Positions 27,686 to 38,097 of a DNA stretch of 64,000 nucleotides are shown piece by piece (the first letter of the stretch is position 1; each line of letters begins with the position of its first letter). The notes under the pieces were generated by a model that was not told where the DNA came from, ran no database searches, and was given only the letters and a program-made list of their open reading frames with translations. The position numbers were made by a program, and so were the translations under genes. Source of the DNA: an uncultured Enterobacterales bacterium (GTDB taxonomy: Bacteria > Myxococcota_A > UBA796 > UBA2385); the NCBI GenBank assembly GCA_964502005.1, contig CAZCUX010000029.1, positions 32,468 through 96,467 of the forward strand. Direction: 5' to 3'.

Positions 27686-28408
27686 CTATGGCCACGCCGC
27701 AGCGTGGAACGAGTCGCGGTTCCACTGAAGCAGCACCAGCGGCAGGGGCCATGGCACATCATTTTGTACTTGAACTGCGGTGCGATAAAGTGCGTTGATG
27801 TAACCATTTAGAGTGTATAATACTACACCACGGGCTGGACAGCAAGTGTGCAGTCGGTTGGTCGCACCCAGCGCCCGCCACGGCTCGGGCAGCAGCACCA
27901 GCGCGCTATCGAGGTCGCCATCCAGCACCAATCGGTCCACTTGGCCAAGTCGTTGTCGCTGAAGAACCGCAGCACGCGCCTTTAGGTTGTTGTGTGCCAC
28001 GTGGAACAAGCGGGAGTCATGGAGCTGAAGCAAGTCAGCATCGATTCTTCGGACCAAACGTCTCGTGTACGGGCCGTCCAATGCCGTCGCGACGAACAGG
28101 GGGCCGGCAAACGGCAGTTGGGGTGCGAGAGAAGGCAGGCTGTCTCGGGTTCGTAGCACTGGAACCAGGTGGGCTGCGTCCCGGCCGGGCGTTGTGGAAA
28201 CCGCGCCCGCGATTTGGTCGAGGCGGTGCCGAAACTGCGCGGGCTCGGCATGGACCGTCCACCAAAGGTTGTGGAGGCGCAGCTCCATCGGCGCGCCACC
28301 TTCCGGCGTGACGGTGATGGACAGCGGCCCGTGTACTTCGACGGTGGGTGGTGGGTGGAGCTGCCCCAAGCGCGCGCACACAGCCGTCAAAAACCCGTGT
28401 GCGTCCAT
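27686..28408 (-). CDS. Hypothetical protein
   Basis: Clean 240-aa ORF coupled to the upstream gene (TGATG overlap at 28408). Confidence 0.45.
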   Translation of the reverse strand: MDAHGFLTAVCARLGQLHPPPTVEVHGPLSITVTPEGGAPMELRLHNLWWTVHAEPAQFRHRLDQIAGAVSTTPGRDAAHLVPVLRTRDSLPSLAPQLPFAGPLFVATALDGPYTRRLVRRIDADLLQLHDSRLFHVAHNNLKARAAVLQRQRLGQVDRLVLDGDLDSALVLLPEPWRALGATNRLHTCCPARGVVLYTLNGYINALYRTAVQVQNDVPWPLPLVLLQWNRDSFHAAAWP

Positions 28409-29217
28409 CAGCGTTTGCGACCCCGCGCGGCCATCCGTGCGCGCACTTGCTCGTAAAGGGCTTTTTGGCGCGCTTCGTGGTCACTGGTGGGCGCTACATC
28501 CGAGCAGCCCCGCGGGCCGGTTGGTGGTGGTGGTGGTGCTTCAGCGGCCCCCAATGCGACTGCCAACGGGCACGCGGGCACGGCAGGCTCGCCGTCTCGG
28601 TATCGCTGCAACACGCGCCGAGATTGTTCGGCGAGCTGGCGACGTACCTCTCTCCGCTTGCCCTTGACACGTTCGATATACATGTTATCATACGCGGTGG
28701 TTTGGTGACGCATCCACGCAATCACCGCGGCTTCTGCGCGCTGTTCGACGGGGATTGTTTCCGTTCGCGCGACGGTGCCGCTGCCAACAGGCGTCGCGTG
28801 TTCGGCGATGCGCTGTGCGAGCACCTTTTCCATCGCCCGATGGCGCGGGTCAAAGGCCAAGAAACGGCGCACGGCGACGGTGAACGCAGCGACGTAGTTT
28901 TCTTGTTCGCGCTCCCGGCGACGACGGCCGGCCTCAAGTTTTCGTTGGTGCTCGGGGTCGGCGCGCTGGGTCTCCATCGCTTCTTGTGCGGCGCGAATAT
29001 TCTCCGCGGGCGCCCACACGCCCTTGGAAAACAGCTTGCGGCCTACCTTTTCTTTCATCGCCCAAGTGGGACCGAGTGCCTTGAGGCGACGGGTAACCCC
29101 CGCGTCGCCCGGCGGAAGCAAGTCCCAACCATCGGGCACATGTATTACCGTACCATCGGCATCCTTGACGGTTCTACTGCGTGGTCCGGGTCGAAATTCT
29201 CGATTTTCGTCCGACAA
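28408..29217 (-). CDS. Conserved hypothetical protein (DUF2293-like)
   Basis: Basic, coiled-coil-rich 269-aa protein. Family assignment is from memory of motifs only. Confidence 0.45.
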   Translation of the reverse strand: MSDENREFRPGPRSRTVKDADGTVIHVPDGWDLLPPGDAGVTRRLKALGPTWAMKEKVGRKLFSKGVWAPAENIRAAQEAMETQRADPEHQRKLEAGRRRREREQENYVAAFTVAVRRFLAFDPRHRAMEKVLAQRIAEHATPVGSGTVARTETIPVEQRAEAAVIAWMRHQTTAYDNMYIERVKGKRREVRRQLAEQSRRVLQRYRDGEPAVPACPLAVALGAAEAPPPPPTGPRGCSDVAPTSDHEARQKALYEQVRARMAARGRKR

Positions 29218-29278
29218 ATCTTATTCCTTATTGCGGTGCGTCAAAACACGCGCACGGCAGCGTGTGTTGGGTGCGGCC

Positions 29279-31018
29279 TCAGGGCGCTGGGGGCCCTTTG
29301 GCCAAAAGCGCCGTGCGCACCAGGGAAAGGGAAATCGGTCCTTCTGCCAACAATGCGTCGTGAAAGGCCGTTTCGGAGAAATTGTCGCCCCATTTGGCTC
29401 GACACTCCTCCTTTATGGCTTCGATTTGTTTCATTCCTGCGTAGTACGAGACGAGCTGCGTTGGCCAATGCACTGCGCGAAGGAGCTCAGGGTCGACCTT
29501 TCCTTCGCCCGGCTTCGCGCCGTGCTTCCAATCGGCAGCCTCTTGGAGCGTCCATACGCCCGTTTCAACCTTTACGTCGAAAACCACGCGCTTTACCCGT
29601 GCGCGGTACGAGCGCAGCATCATCAATCGGCCCACTTCGGATTGCTCGAATCCACCGTTGCTTTCAAACAATGACTCGGCATAGAGCGCCCAGCCTTCTA
29701 CCGATGCGGTGTTTTGGAACAACCGGCGCACGGGTCTTTGGTGCGTCCGCGCGATTGAAAGCTGGAGGTGGTGTCCCGGAACGCCCTCGTGGACAGCGTA
29801 GGGCCCCATCCAGGTCTCACTTGCACGCTGCATCGACACCACTTTTCCGACGCGGTCGGCGTAGGACATGTCCGCGTCGTGGTGCTCGACGTTCCACCAT
29901 GCGCCCTCGGTGGGCCCGAAGAGCGGCACAGGATTCATGCTTCCGCCGTCGCCGGTGAGCGGTACGAGCGCGTCGGGCGTGGGTCGGGCGCGCAAGGGCG
30001 GAAGGTCCGTGGGAACGGTCAGAACCCCCATGGCGCGCAAGCGGCCGAGGTAGTTTGCCACCACTTCGTCGTAAAGCCGCAATACATCTGCTTGGTCGAG
30101 GGCGAGGGCGCGCTGGGCTTCCTCAACCGTAGGGGGTGCCTCGGGCGGGCGGTTGGCCTCGAGTTGGGCAATCTGCGCATCGAGGGCGGCAAGGTCGGTC
30201 TCGGCCATCTGGAGGAGCGTCTCTGCGTCCCACGGCAGGCCCAACAGATACGTGAGCCGCCAACGAAAGCCTTCGCCACCCAACATATGGTCTTCGGGGA
30301 GGTCGGTTCGGGACATCCACTGCGCGCGGCTTGTCTGGACGGCCGCACGCGCCGCAGAAATTCGAGGGTCTTCGGGCGACAACGACAGCATGGTGTCGAT
30401 GCTTTCAAGAAGTTCCGTGGCGGTATCGACATCGCGGCGGGTGGGTGCGGTGACCTCGGCCTCCACTTCGGCCAGCATCGCCGGAAGCTGGGCTGCAAGC
30501 GTGGGAATGGCGTCGGGAACGGGGTTCGGCGCCGACAGGTGTGCCAACAGCAAGCTGGCGACGGGTTCGAGCCATTCGCCGGGGCGGTGGGTCCAGCGCC
30601 GTTCGACGCGGAGGGTGTGGTCCATCACTTGCACGACGTTTTGTAGCACCGCGAGGTCGATTTGGTCGTCGATGTCCAAGCCCGCGACGGGTACTGCGGC
30701 GAGACGTTGGCCCAGTGTTTCCAACGTGTCTATGTGCGCGGCAACATACGTTGGCGCGAAGGAAGGAAGGTGGAGACCATGGACGAGGAGACCCGCATCC
30801 GCCGCACCTTCTGGATGCAGAGTCGCCCATTCGTGGGTGACCTCTCGCGCGAGCGCAGCGACGGTAGGGTCGCCTGGAAAATCGATAGAAAGCAGACTTG
30901 GGAATTGCTCGGCCAAAGAAGATTCGGGCGAGGAAGCGACGTTCTTCCCGGAGGCAATATTCGGTACTATACTACACAATGCGCAGATTGTCAATAGTGT
31001 GGCGGCGCGGCGTTTCAT
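29279..31018 (-). CDS. DUF885-family secreted protein (putative metallopeptidase-like)
   Basis: Signal peptide MKRRAATLLTICALCSIVPNIASG. The DUF885 hallmark HEGVPGHHLQ with downstream E/Y residues. Confidence 0.75.
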   Translation of the reverse strand: MKRRAATLLTICALCSIVPNIASGKNVASSPESSLAEQFPSLLSIDFPGDPTVAALAREVTHEWATLHPEGAADAGLLVHGLHLPSFAPTYVAAHIDTLETLGQRLAAVPVAGLDIDDQIDLAVLQNVVQVMDHTLRVERRWTHRPGEWLEPVASLLLAHLSAPNPVPDAIPTLAAQLPAMLAEVEAEVTAPTRRDVDTATELLESIDTMLSLSPEDPRISAARAAVQTSRAQWMSRTDLPEDHMLGGEGFRWRLTYLLGLPWDAETLLQMAETDLAALDAQIAQLEANRPPEAPPTVEEAQRALALDQADVLRLYDEVVANYLGRLRAMGVLTVPTDLPPLRARPTPDALVPLTGDGGSMNPVPLFGPTEGAWWNVEHHDADMSYADRVGKVVSMQRASETWMGPYAVHEGVPGHHLQLSIARTHQRPVRRLFQNTASVEGWALYAESLFESNGGFEQSEVGRLMMLRSYRARVKRVVFDVKVETGVWTLQEAADWKHGAKPGEGKVDPELLRAVHWPTQLVSYYAGMKQIEAIKEECRAKWGDNFSETAFHDALLAEGPISLSLVRTALLAKGPPAP

Positions 31019-34000
31019 CGCGAACGCCTCCGCCGCAGCCCGACGACTGCCGGCACCAGCAACAACCAAGAGCCGGACCAACCCGGACGCGCGGAACATC
31101 CACAGCCATCTTTCGCCTCCCCTTCTGGTGTGGCGGCGTCCGGTGCGTCGGTAGGCGCCGCCGAGTCTTCGTCGGGAAGGTCGGTGGTGCTATCGCCGGA
31201 GTCTTCGGGCAAAGGCTCGCCGGTATCGATGGGGTCGGCGGCGCGGCGCACCGTGACGCGATTGTCGCCGTCTGCAAGTGCCGTCTCCCACACGGGAGCG
31301 CCGTCTGCATCGACCGCTGCCGCGGAAACCAATGCGTAGGTTCGGACGTCGCCTGGCGCGAGGGGTACGGGGTCGGAAAACGTTCCCGGTTCTCCGGGTG
31401 CAACATCGACGCCGGACCACTGGATGCTCGCCAAAGACACGTCCTCAAGGGTCTCCTCATCGATGGAAACCAACTGAATGCCGGCGAGCGGAGCAATCCA
31501 AGGTGCTTCCCACGCTAACGTAACTTGGAAGGCGTCGTCGACCTCTGCGGTAAGTTGCATGCGGCGGTAGTGCGCCGGAATGTCGTCGAGCTGCACCACA
31601 CATACATCGTCGATGGCCCACCCACCAAACTCTAGGCCGGGGTCGGTCGTGAGGGTCCATTGGAGCACCACTTCGCCATCTGCTGCGACGCCCGCTCGCA
31701 GGGGGTCTGCTTCGATTTCGACGAGCTTCCAGTCCGTGTCGAGGGTGTGGGCGACTCCGCTGGGCGTCGACGGATTTTCAAACAATCGGAAGTCGTCGGC
31801 CCATAGTTCAGCACGGTCGTAAATGCCGTCCTCAACGGTCAAGAACCGCTGGAACGTAAGCAGTGTCATCCGCCCGTCGGGAACCGGTATCGGTGGACTG
31901 GTCAACATCTGTTGGTTGTTGGGCAAATACAAACCAGCAATATTGGTTCCTACAACAGAAGTTCCCGAAACGGCAGAATGGGGAACAAATAAACCATCGG
32001 TGCTGGGGGTGCCGACTTCCCACTCATCGGTGAGATCGGGACGGGGTTGGCCGGGCAAGCCAGGGCCGTGGGACCACCCTGCAGGCCAGCCTCCTTCGAA
32101 GTCCTCGCACCAAACGGTTGCGCGGTCGCCGACGCGGAACGAGTGCACGCCGGCGCGGTTGTTCGCGTGCGTGCGCAGCACCGTGGTGCGGGCGGTGTCC
32201 CACACTTCGGCGAAGTAGTGGACCTCGGTGGTGGCGAGTTGGCGCGGTATCTCGCCTGTGAACACGCCACCGGATTCGACGAGGGGCACTTCGGTCCACG
32301 CGGACCACACCGCGGGGTCGGCGTCGTCGATACCCGGCACGAGCGCCATGGGTCCGGTGCTCATGTAGAGCGCGAAGCTCGATAGGTCGAGGTCGGAGCA
32401 GGCCTCGGTGGGGGAAAACAACGCAAAGGAAACGGGGTAACTGGGAGCGGTGCTGCTTTGGGGGCCCAGGGCTTCGTGCTCGATGACGACAACACCCAAT
32501 GGTCCTGGACCCAATCCATGCTGGTCGAGCAACGTAACGAGCTCACAAGCGTGGGGTGTGCCGTCGCTCAAGTCGCCGTTGTCATCATCGGAAAGAATGA
32601 CGGCCTCGTACAAGTCCGTGAGCGTAGGGCCGTAAGAGAGCGCGCCCAAGAACAAGCGGTCGGTTTGTTCGGCGCCCGCTTCCGTTCCATACGTTGTCTG
32701 CCAGTTGGTGCGCAGGTTCCACAAAAAGCTGCCCCACACGAGACCGTCGTTGTGCACTTCACCGATAATGTCGTCGGGATAGACTTTGTCGGTGTCCAAC
32801 TCGCGAATGTAGCCCGTACCATTGCGGCTTCCCGGCGCGAGAATCGGGTCGTTGGTGATGGTTGCCGACACGTAGTCGGCGGAACCTTCGGAGACATCGC
32901 CCGCGAACGTCCCGCCTGTGAGGATGTAGTGGTGAATGCCGTGTCCGACCTCATGGTAGACAACATCTGCGATTTGCCCGAAGTTGGAACAAGAGGTGGA
33001 AGAGCCTACGAGGAAGTTGATGGTGCCGCTGGTGTACCATGCGTTGCAGGAGCCGGAGCTTATATCGACGTTGGCGACGACCTTTTCGCCAATCCAAGGG
33101 TGCGAGGGCCAGCGGTCGGTGAGCCAATCGAATACCACCGGCGTGTGCGCCAACACGGTCGCCGATGCATCGGAAATGTCGGTGCCGCCGACCAAAGTTG
33201 CCAGCCCGCTTTCGTCTGGCGTCACGCCGGTTCGCGTTTGGGACGAACCATTGGACAACACTTGGAGGTATGGTCCGTCCAAGTCAACGGTCAATGTACC
33301 CGTGAGGGAGTGGGAGCCATCTACAGCGGTGGTATCACTGGTTCCGGCGAGGTCGGCTATCCATAGGTCCCGTGCGGGCGATGAAACATGGGCATCGCCG
33401 ACCGTGCGCTCCAGATGGGAGACGTCGAGGCTATCGTAGCGATGCTCGGTGTAACGTAGCACTTCGTGCCCTAAGCGGTCAACCCAAGTGATGACTCCCT
33501 GTTCTTCACGTCTTTGTGCCAATACAGATGTAATTCCACGAGCAGATTCGATTGGAAAAACGACTTCACCGGGTCGTGGTTGCAGGGGCATCGCGACGGG
33601 AGACAAGCGAACCCAGATGCCACCAATGTGGCCGTTCTTCACCACCATTCGGACTTCGTCGCCCACAACTTGGGCGCCGTTCCACTCCCGCGACCAACGC
33701 AACACCGTTTGGTCCTGGTTGAACACCGCCTTGTCTTGGCGCAACTCATGGGGGTCTACCCCACACAAACGCGCCACGTCGACCAGCAGAAGGCTTGCGT
33801 CGCGCGCGTCCACGCCGGGCGCGTACAAGAACCGCGGATTGCCGGTACGGCTGTCCCAACGTGCCGCCCATTGGCCGGGCCATTCGGACGTAAACGTGCG
33901 CCAGCGAGCACTTTGGGTCCACTGTATGCCCAGCTCGTTCGCCGCATCGAGGTGCGGCGCGGGGGGACCAACGGGCAAAGTGGCGGTCTCGGGGGCCAAC

Positions 34001-34056
34001 GAAGGGCCATGCCACGGCGCAAAGCCAAACATCCACAGCAACGGCAGCACGGGCAC
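31015..34056 (-). CDS. Secreted thermolysin-like (gluzincin, M4-like) zinc metalloprotease with C-terminal MYXO-CTERM sorting domain
   Basis: VVYHEVGHGIHHY followed after ~20 aa by EGSADY (HExxH...E..D gluzincin pattern). The C-terminus GCGCSARPGWSGSWLLLVPAVVGLRRRRSR is a MYXO-CTERM signal. ATGA overlap with the DUF885 gene. Confidence 0.8.
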   Translation of the reverse strand: MPVLPLLWMFGFAPWHGPSLAPETATLPVGPPAPHLDAANELGIQWTQSARWRTFTSEWPGQWAARWDSRTGNPRFLYAPGVDARDASLLLVDVARLCGVDPHELRQDKAVFNQDQTVLRWSREWNGAQVVGDEVRMVVKNGHIGGIWVRLSPVAMPLQPRPGEVVFPIESARGITSVLAQRREEQGVITWVDRLGHEVLRYTEHRYDSLDVSHLERTVGDAHVSSPARDLWIADLAGTSDTTAVDGSHSLTGTLTVDLDGPYLQVLSNGSSQTRTGVTPDESGLATLVGGTDISDASATVLAHTPVVFDWLTDRWPSHPWIGEKVVANVDISSGSCNAWYTSGTINFLVGSSTSCSNFGQIADVVYHEVGHGIHHYILTGGTFAGDVSEGSADYVSATITNDPILAPGSRNGTGYIRELDTDKVYPDDIIGEVHNDGLVWGSFLWNLRTNWQTTYGTEAGAEQTDRLFLGALSYGPTLTDLYEAVILSDDDNGDLSDGTPHACELVTLLDQHGLGPGPLGVVVIEHEALGPQSSTAPSYPVSFALFSPTEACSDLDLSSFALYMSTGPMALVPGIDDADPAVWSAWTEVPLVESGGVFTGEIPRQLATTEVHYFAEVWDTARTTVLRTHANNRAGVHSFRVGDRATVWCEDFEGGWPAGWSHGPGLPGQPRPDLTDEWEVGTPSTDGLFVPHSAVSGTSVVGTNIAGLYLPNNQQMLTSPPIPVPDGRMTLLTFQRFLTVEDGIYDRAELWADDFRLFENPSTPSGVAHTLDTDWKLVEIEADPLRAGVAADGEVVLQWTLTTDPGLEFGGWAIDDVCVVQLDDIPAHYRRMQLTAEVDDAFQVTLAWEAPWIAPLAGIQLVSIDEETLEDVSLASIQWSGVDVAPGEPGTFSDPVPLAPGDVRTYALVSAAAVDADGAPVWETALADGDNRVTVRRAADPIDTGEPLPEDSGDSTTDLPDEDSAAPTDAPDAATPEGEAKDGCGCSARPGWSGSWLLLVPAVVGLRRRRSR

Positions 34057-34112
34057 CTCCGAGGGAGAGAAGTGCTATTGTATCCCCTGCGGGGTCCGGG
34101 GGGGCTGCCGAG

Positions 34113-35426
34113 ATGTTCGCCGGACGAAATTCCCAGAGATCTGGTCAAAAAATGTCCGCCAGTTCTCCTTGGGGGCGGCTATCCGGGTTGTGTTGTCGCC
34201 CCACACCGCTTGTCGTGGGGGGTTGTGCCTTGGTGGGAGTGCTATTGCCGGGCTTGTGTCACATCATCACCCTCTTGCTGTTCCTCGTGGGTTGCCTTGG
34301 GTTGGGCCTGCCGGGCGTGGCGCGGGCGCAGCACGCGGAAACTTCGGGGGGATGCGCGCTCGCGGTCATTGTGCTCCCCGAGCACACACTCTCGCTCCCC
34401 GTCGGCGCCACCTCCTTGCGCCGGGATACGCTCGTGTTGCGTACGCATAATCGTTGCGAGAATGGCGAGCTGGTGCGTACCCTCTCCTTGCCCGACGTCT
34501 ACGCTGGCGCCATCGAGGCCACGCCTGTCGGCGAAACCGTTTGTGTGCCTGACGCAGTGCTCGCTTCCCCAACCCCCTTCTCATTTATTGCCCAAGGGTG
34601 GGGCCCCGCTGCGCCTTCACAAACGCCCGGCCAAGTGTGGGGAGGTCCTCCCGCAGCGCTCGCTTGCGATGCGGCCGTCGTCCGATTTGGCCAGGATTAC
34701 CTGCCCATCGATAAGCTCACCAATCTCCGTCCCATCACCTCTGACACCCTCGCGCGCGTGCGATGGGTGGCGGAAGAAGCATCCAAACGATTTGGGCCGG
34801 TGAGCATCGCATCGATTGGATTCACCCACACCGGCCGCGTTTCGCTGCCGTGGACCCATTGGGTCACGCCCGAAGAACGCGCCGAAACCTTGGCGCGCGA
34901 AGCGCTCGATACGCCCGCCCGCGCCGAGCGGGCCATCACCGCCCACGGTCCGTTCCACGTTTACCAGCGCTTCGACGGCGCCGACCCTCCACGGGCCGAC
35001 GTGTGGGGAACTCCCGACGCCGTCGTCGCGCTCCTCCATCTTCTCGCTGACTGGCGCGACGAATGTGCGCGTTTACCCGGCACCACGCCCGAGCAATGTG
35101 TCGTGCAGTTGGGCGATATGTCTTGGTATACCTCCCTCCGCCCTGACCCCCTGGGCCACAAAGACCACTACCTCGGAAATTGTGTCGATGTTCGCTTGTT
35201 TCGCAGCGATGCGTCGCGCTACGAAGCGTGGTGGAATCGCGCCGACGACCGCCCTTCCTTTGCCGCATCCGACGGATACAGCCGCACCATTACGGCCGCA
35301 TTCGTGGCCTTTGCGCGAACGCGCCCCGAGGTGCCTCAAGTGTTGTTCAACGACCCCCACGTCCCGGGTGCTACCTCCGCGCGCGGCCACGACGACCACC
35401 TCCACTTGTGCTTTGTGACCCCATGA
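34113..35426 (+). CDS. LAS-family murein endopeptidase, MepA-like (peptidase M74)
   Basis: Motifs HKDHYLGNCVDVRL and HDDHLHLCF (H..H...G..VD and H.DH.H zinc ligands of the MepA family). N-terminal signal/TM. The true start may be internal. Confidence 0.65.
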   Translation: MFAGRNSQRSGQKMSASSPWGRLSGLCCRPTPLVVGGCALVGVLLPGLCHIITLLLFLVGCLGLGLPGVARAQHAETSGGCALAVIVLPEHTLSLPVGATSLRRDTLVLRTHNRCENGELVRTLSLPDVYAGAIEATPVGETVCVPDAVLASPTPFSFIAQGWGPAAPSQTPGQVWGGPPAALACDAAVVRFGQDYLPIDKLTNLRPITSDTLARVRWVAEEASKRFGPVSIASIGFTHTGRVSLPWTHWVTPEERAETLAREALDTPARAERAITAHGPFHVYQRFDGADPPRADVWGTPDAVVALLHLLADWRDECARLPGTTPEQCVVQLGDMSWYTSLRPDPLGHKDHYLGNCVDVRLFRSDASRYEAWWNRADDRPSFAASDGYSRTITAAFVAFARTRPEVPQVLFNDPHVPGATSARGHDDHLHLCFVTP

Positions 35427-35998
35427 ATGAAACGCCGCCACCACCGCGCCCGCCTACGGAATTTCAACTTCGCCAGGCGGCCGTGCGCCATGTCGAACGA
35501 TTTGTGCCGTCGATTGCCCAAGTCACCGAAGCCTTGTGGCGTCGGGTGCGCAAAGCCACAGGGTTGATGGCCGACGGAACCGACGCCGCACCGGTGATTC
35601 GGGCGATTGTCACTGACTTTGTGCAGCGCGGCATCCTCGACGACCACCGCCTCGCGCGCACCTTGGTCACGGAGTGGCAGCGGCGGGGCGACCCCTTGCC
35701 AGCCATGCGCGGCAAGTTGATGCGAAAGCGAATTCCGAGCGCCATTTCCGCACAAGTGCTCGCGGAGCTGAACACACAACTTCTGGAGCAAGGCGTCGAC
35801 CCCACCCGCCAGCGGGCCATCGCGTATGCGCGCCGGCGTCGCTTGGGACCTTGGCGCTTCGACCCCATTCGCCGGGCAGACCGCCGCCAGAAAGACCTCG
35901 CCGCACTCGGTCGGGTAGGCATTCCGTGGGCTTTGGCAAGCGAAATTGTGGACCACGAAGATGGAGACGCACTTCTCGCCGAGCTGGTTTCGGACTGA
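35423..35998 (+). CDS. recX: RecX-like regulatory protein
   Basis: About 190 aa, all-helical, with repeated Arg/Leu-rich helix motifs typical of RecX (QLRQAAVRHVERF, ALWRRVRK, LVTEWQRRG). ATGA overlap with the MepA-like gene. The start is an internal Met of the longer ORF 35180-35998. Confidence 0.6.
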   Translation: MNETPPPPRPPTEFQLRQAAVRHVERFVPSIAQVTEALWRRVRKATGLMADGTDAAPVIRAIVTDFVQRGILDDHRLARTLVTEWQRRGDPLPAMRGKLMRKRIPSAISAQVLAELNTQLLEQGVDPTRQRAIAYARRRRLGPWRFDPIRRADRRQKDLAALGRVGIPWALASEIVDHEDGDALLAELVSD

Positions 35999-36048
35999 AC
36001 CGGCCGGGCGTATGTTGGAAATACGCTGCGCGCGGACGCTTTGGGGAA

Positions 36049-36064
36049 ATGAATGGTGATTCAT
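36049..36064. repeat. Palindromic element copy aTGAATGGTGATTCAt
   Basis: About 50 nt downstream of recX. Confidence 0.8.
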
Positions 36065-36160
36065 TCTTGTCTGCGTGACCTTGGCTTTCCGAGCGTTGCC
36101 CGAACCTAGATGCAGCAATATGCGATTTTTTCGCACGTCCAATGCCGGAAGTCCAAGCAT

Positions 36161-36622
36161 ATGGCCAGCATTCTGGAAGATGTCCATCTCGGAGCGGCCT
36201 TCATGGCAGAGGCGCTCACGAGCGAAGGGTATCGGGCGGATTTCTCGCCGGATTCGTTGTGGGAAATCGACCGTTTTTTTGACGAACAATCGTCGCGGGG
36301 AAAGCCCGTTGCGGGTGGCCTGCTGTCGGCAGGTCTGGGCGGTCACTTGTTTACGATTGGCGCTTATGTTGGGGAAGTAATTCGTCGCGGTGTTGGCGGA
36401 GAGTGGTATGGCGACGACAACGACCCTGACGCCGAAATCAATGTGAAGCTGGTTCTACCCAATGGAACGGCGTGCTGGCCCGTGCAGCGGGTCATGAAGC
36501 GGTTCAAGGAAGGAGAAGAAGCCGCCATTGCGCCATATGGGGCAGCTGCGGGGCTCGTGATGCCGCCGCGGCCTCCTCCGGAGGAACCGATTCCCGTGCG
36601 CCCGTGGTGGAAGTTTTGGTAG
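36161..36622 (+). CDS. Hypothetical protein
   Basis: Clean ORF with a Pro-rich C-terminus. Start placed at MASILEDV. Confidence 0.4.
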   Translation: MASILEDVHLGAAFMAEALTSEGYRADFSPDSLWEIDRFFDEQSSRGKPVAGGLLSAGLGGHLFTIGAYVGEVIRRGVGGEWYGDDNDPDAEINVKLVLPNGTACWPVQRVMKRFKEGEEAAIAPYGAAAGLVMPPRPPPEEPIPVRPWWKFW

Positions 36623-36633
36623 CGAAGGCGCAC

Positions 36634-38097
36634 CTACCGCGCAGAACCCGGTAGGTCCGCGATGCGGGTGCCGAAACCAAAGCCGGCGCCAACAGCGAGG
36701 TCAACCGACCACACCACTTCGCCATCGGGCGTCACTTCGTCCATATGGCCTAGGCTTGACCATGTTGTGAAGGTGTTTCCCGAACCCAAGCGCCACGCAT
36801 TTCCAAGGAAGTTGTTTTTGGCGCAGAAGCCACCATCCCACGACCATACAACATTGGATTCATGGGCTTCGGGTTCCAACTCGATTTCGAGCACCGTCGA
36901 GCAGGTGGTAGGGTCGGAGGGCATCGTTCGGTTGAAGACCAGAATGCCATCGGGCATTGCTTGCACGCTATGGGGCATCTCAATGGACATCGCGCCATCG
37001 CCGGCGAAATCTGGCTGTCCGCGACCGAGCATCCAACTCACCTCGCCACTGTCCAATGCAATCCGCGCGACGAGGCTCGGTTCGGTCACTGTGACGTAGC
37101 AGGCATTTTCCGCCATGGTGCATGACAGGCCATTCGCATGGGACCAATCTTCGGTTGGTTGCCCGCCCAACGAAAACCCGTTGGGGTAGATGCGGCCCAA
37201 GTCCGGTGTCAGGTGGTCGAAGATGTCCCACAATACGCGGGTGGAGCCATCGGTCTCTCGCACGACGAGCGTGTCACCGAGTATTCGTCGGCCATCGAAC
37301 TCCCCGACCGACCAACCGAGGGTCACGAGGCGACCATCGGGAAGGAGGTCGAAGTCGGTATGTGCGGTCGGGATGCTCCACAAGTCGAGCACTTCGCCCG
37401 ACCAGCCGACGGTGACAAAGTCTCCCATCTCGGCGTTCTCTGCACCCTGCACATTGTAGAGCACGCCGCGGCCGTGTGGGTCGAGGCGCGTTCGGAATGC
37501 GACGGGCGGACCACCCATGTTCATTTCATCGCCGGGCTGTCCAAGAAACCAGGTGCGATGGGCCCACACCGTCTCGCCTTCTTCGTTGATGACGGCGACA
37601 TACACGCTCGATTCAGAAAGGACCGATACGAGGGTCGACTCCCCGTTCGATGCGAGGCCGGAACCCATCGTGGCGGGCAGGGAGGCGTCGAATCGGCCTG
37701 TTTCGACGCGAGTGACCGCACTGCACACTTCGTCGCCGTTGGGAAGGCGCAACACGGCTTGAATATCGACCTCTACGCCCGGCTTGAGGCCGGTCAGCAA
37801 GGTCTCTTGTGGCCCTGCCTGCTGCGCGACGGCGCTGGTGACGCGGATGCTGCCATCCTCTCCCCGCACCGCGAGCCAACCTTCGCCATCTTCGGTCGTC
37901 TCCCAACTGACGCGTGGAACGGTGGGGACATCGGTGATTTCCGTGAAGAGAAGGTCGATTTCATCGGTGTTTTGGAGACAGTCCACCCAAACGGGCGGCA
38001 GGTCCGCCGCATCCTCTTCGGTCGACGATGAAGTTTTCGATTCGGGCGTACAGCCGGACGCAAACGCCAATGGCAAATAGATAGCAAGAATCGACAT
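36634..38097 (-). CDS. Beta-propeller lipoprotein, arylsulfotransferase (ASST)-like
   Basis: Lipobox LAFASGC and repeated W/D-rich blade motifs (VVWSWDGG, VVWSVDL, TVWAH). Confidence 0.5.
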   Translation of the reverse strand: MSILAIYLPLAFASGCTPESKTSSSTEEDAADLPPVWVDCLQNTDEIDLLFTEITDVPTVPRVSWETTEDGEGWLAVRGEDGSIRVTSAVAQQAGPQETLLTGLKPGVEVDIQAVLRLPNGDEVCSAVTRVETGRFDASLPATMGSGLASNGESTLVSVLSESSVYVAVINEEGETVWAHRTWFLGQPGDEMNMGGPPVAFRTRLDPHGRGVLYNVQGAENAEMGDFVTVGWSGEVLDLWSIPTAHTDFDLLPDGRLVTLGWSVGEFDGRRILGDTLVVRETDGSTRVLWDIFDHLTPDLGRIYPNGFSLGGQPTEDWSHANGLSCTMAENACYVTVTEPSLVARIALDSGEVSWMLGRGQPDFAGDGAMSIEMPHSVQAMPDGILVFNRTMPSDPTTCSTVLEIELEPEAHESNVVWSWDGGFCAKNNFLGNAWRLGSGNTFTTWSSLGHMDEVTPDGEVVWSVDLAVGAGFGFGTRIADLPGSAR

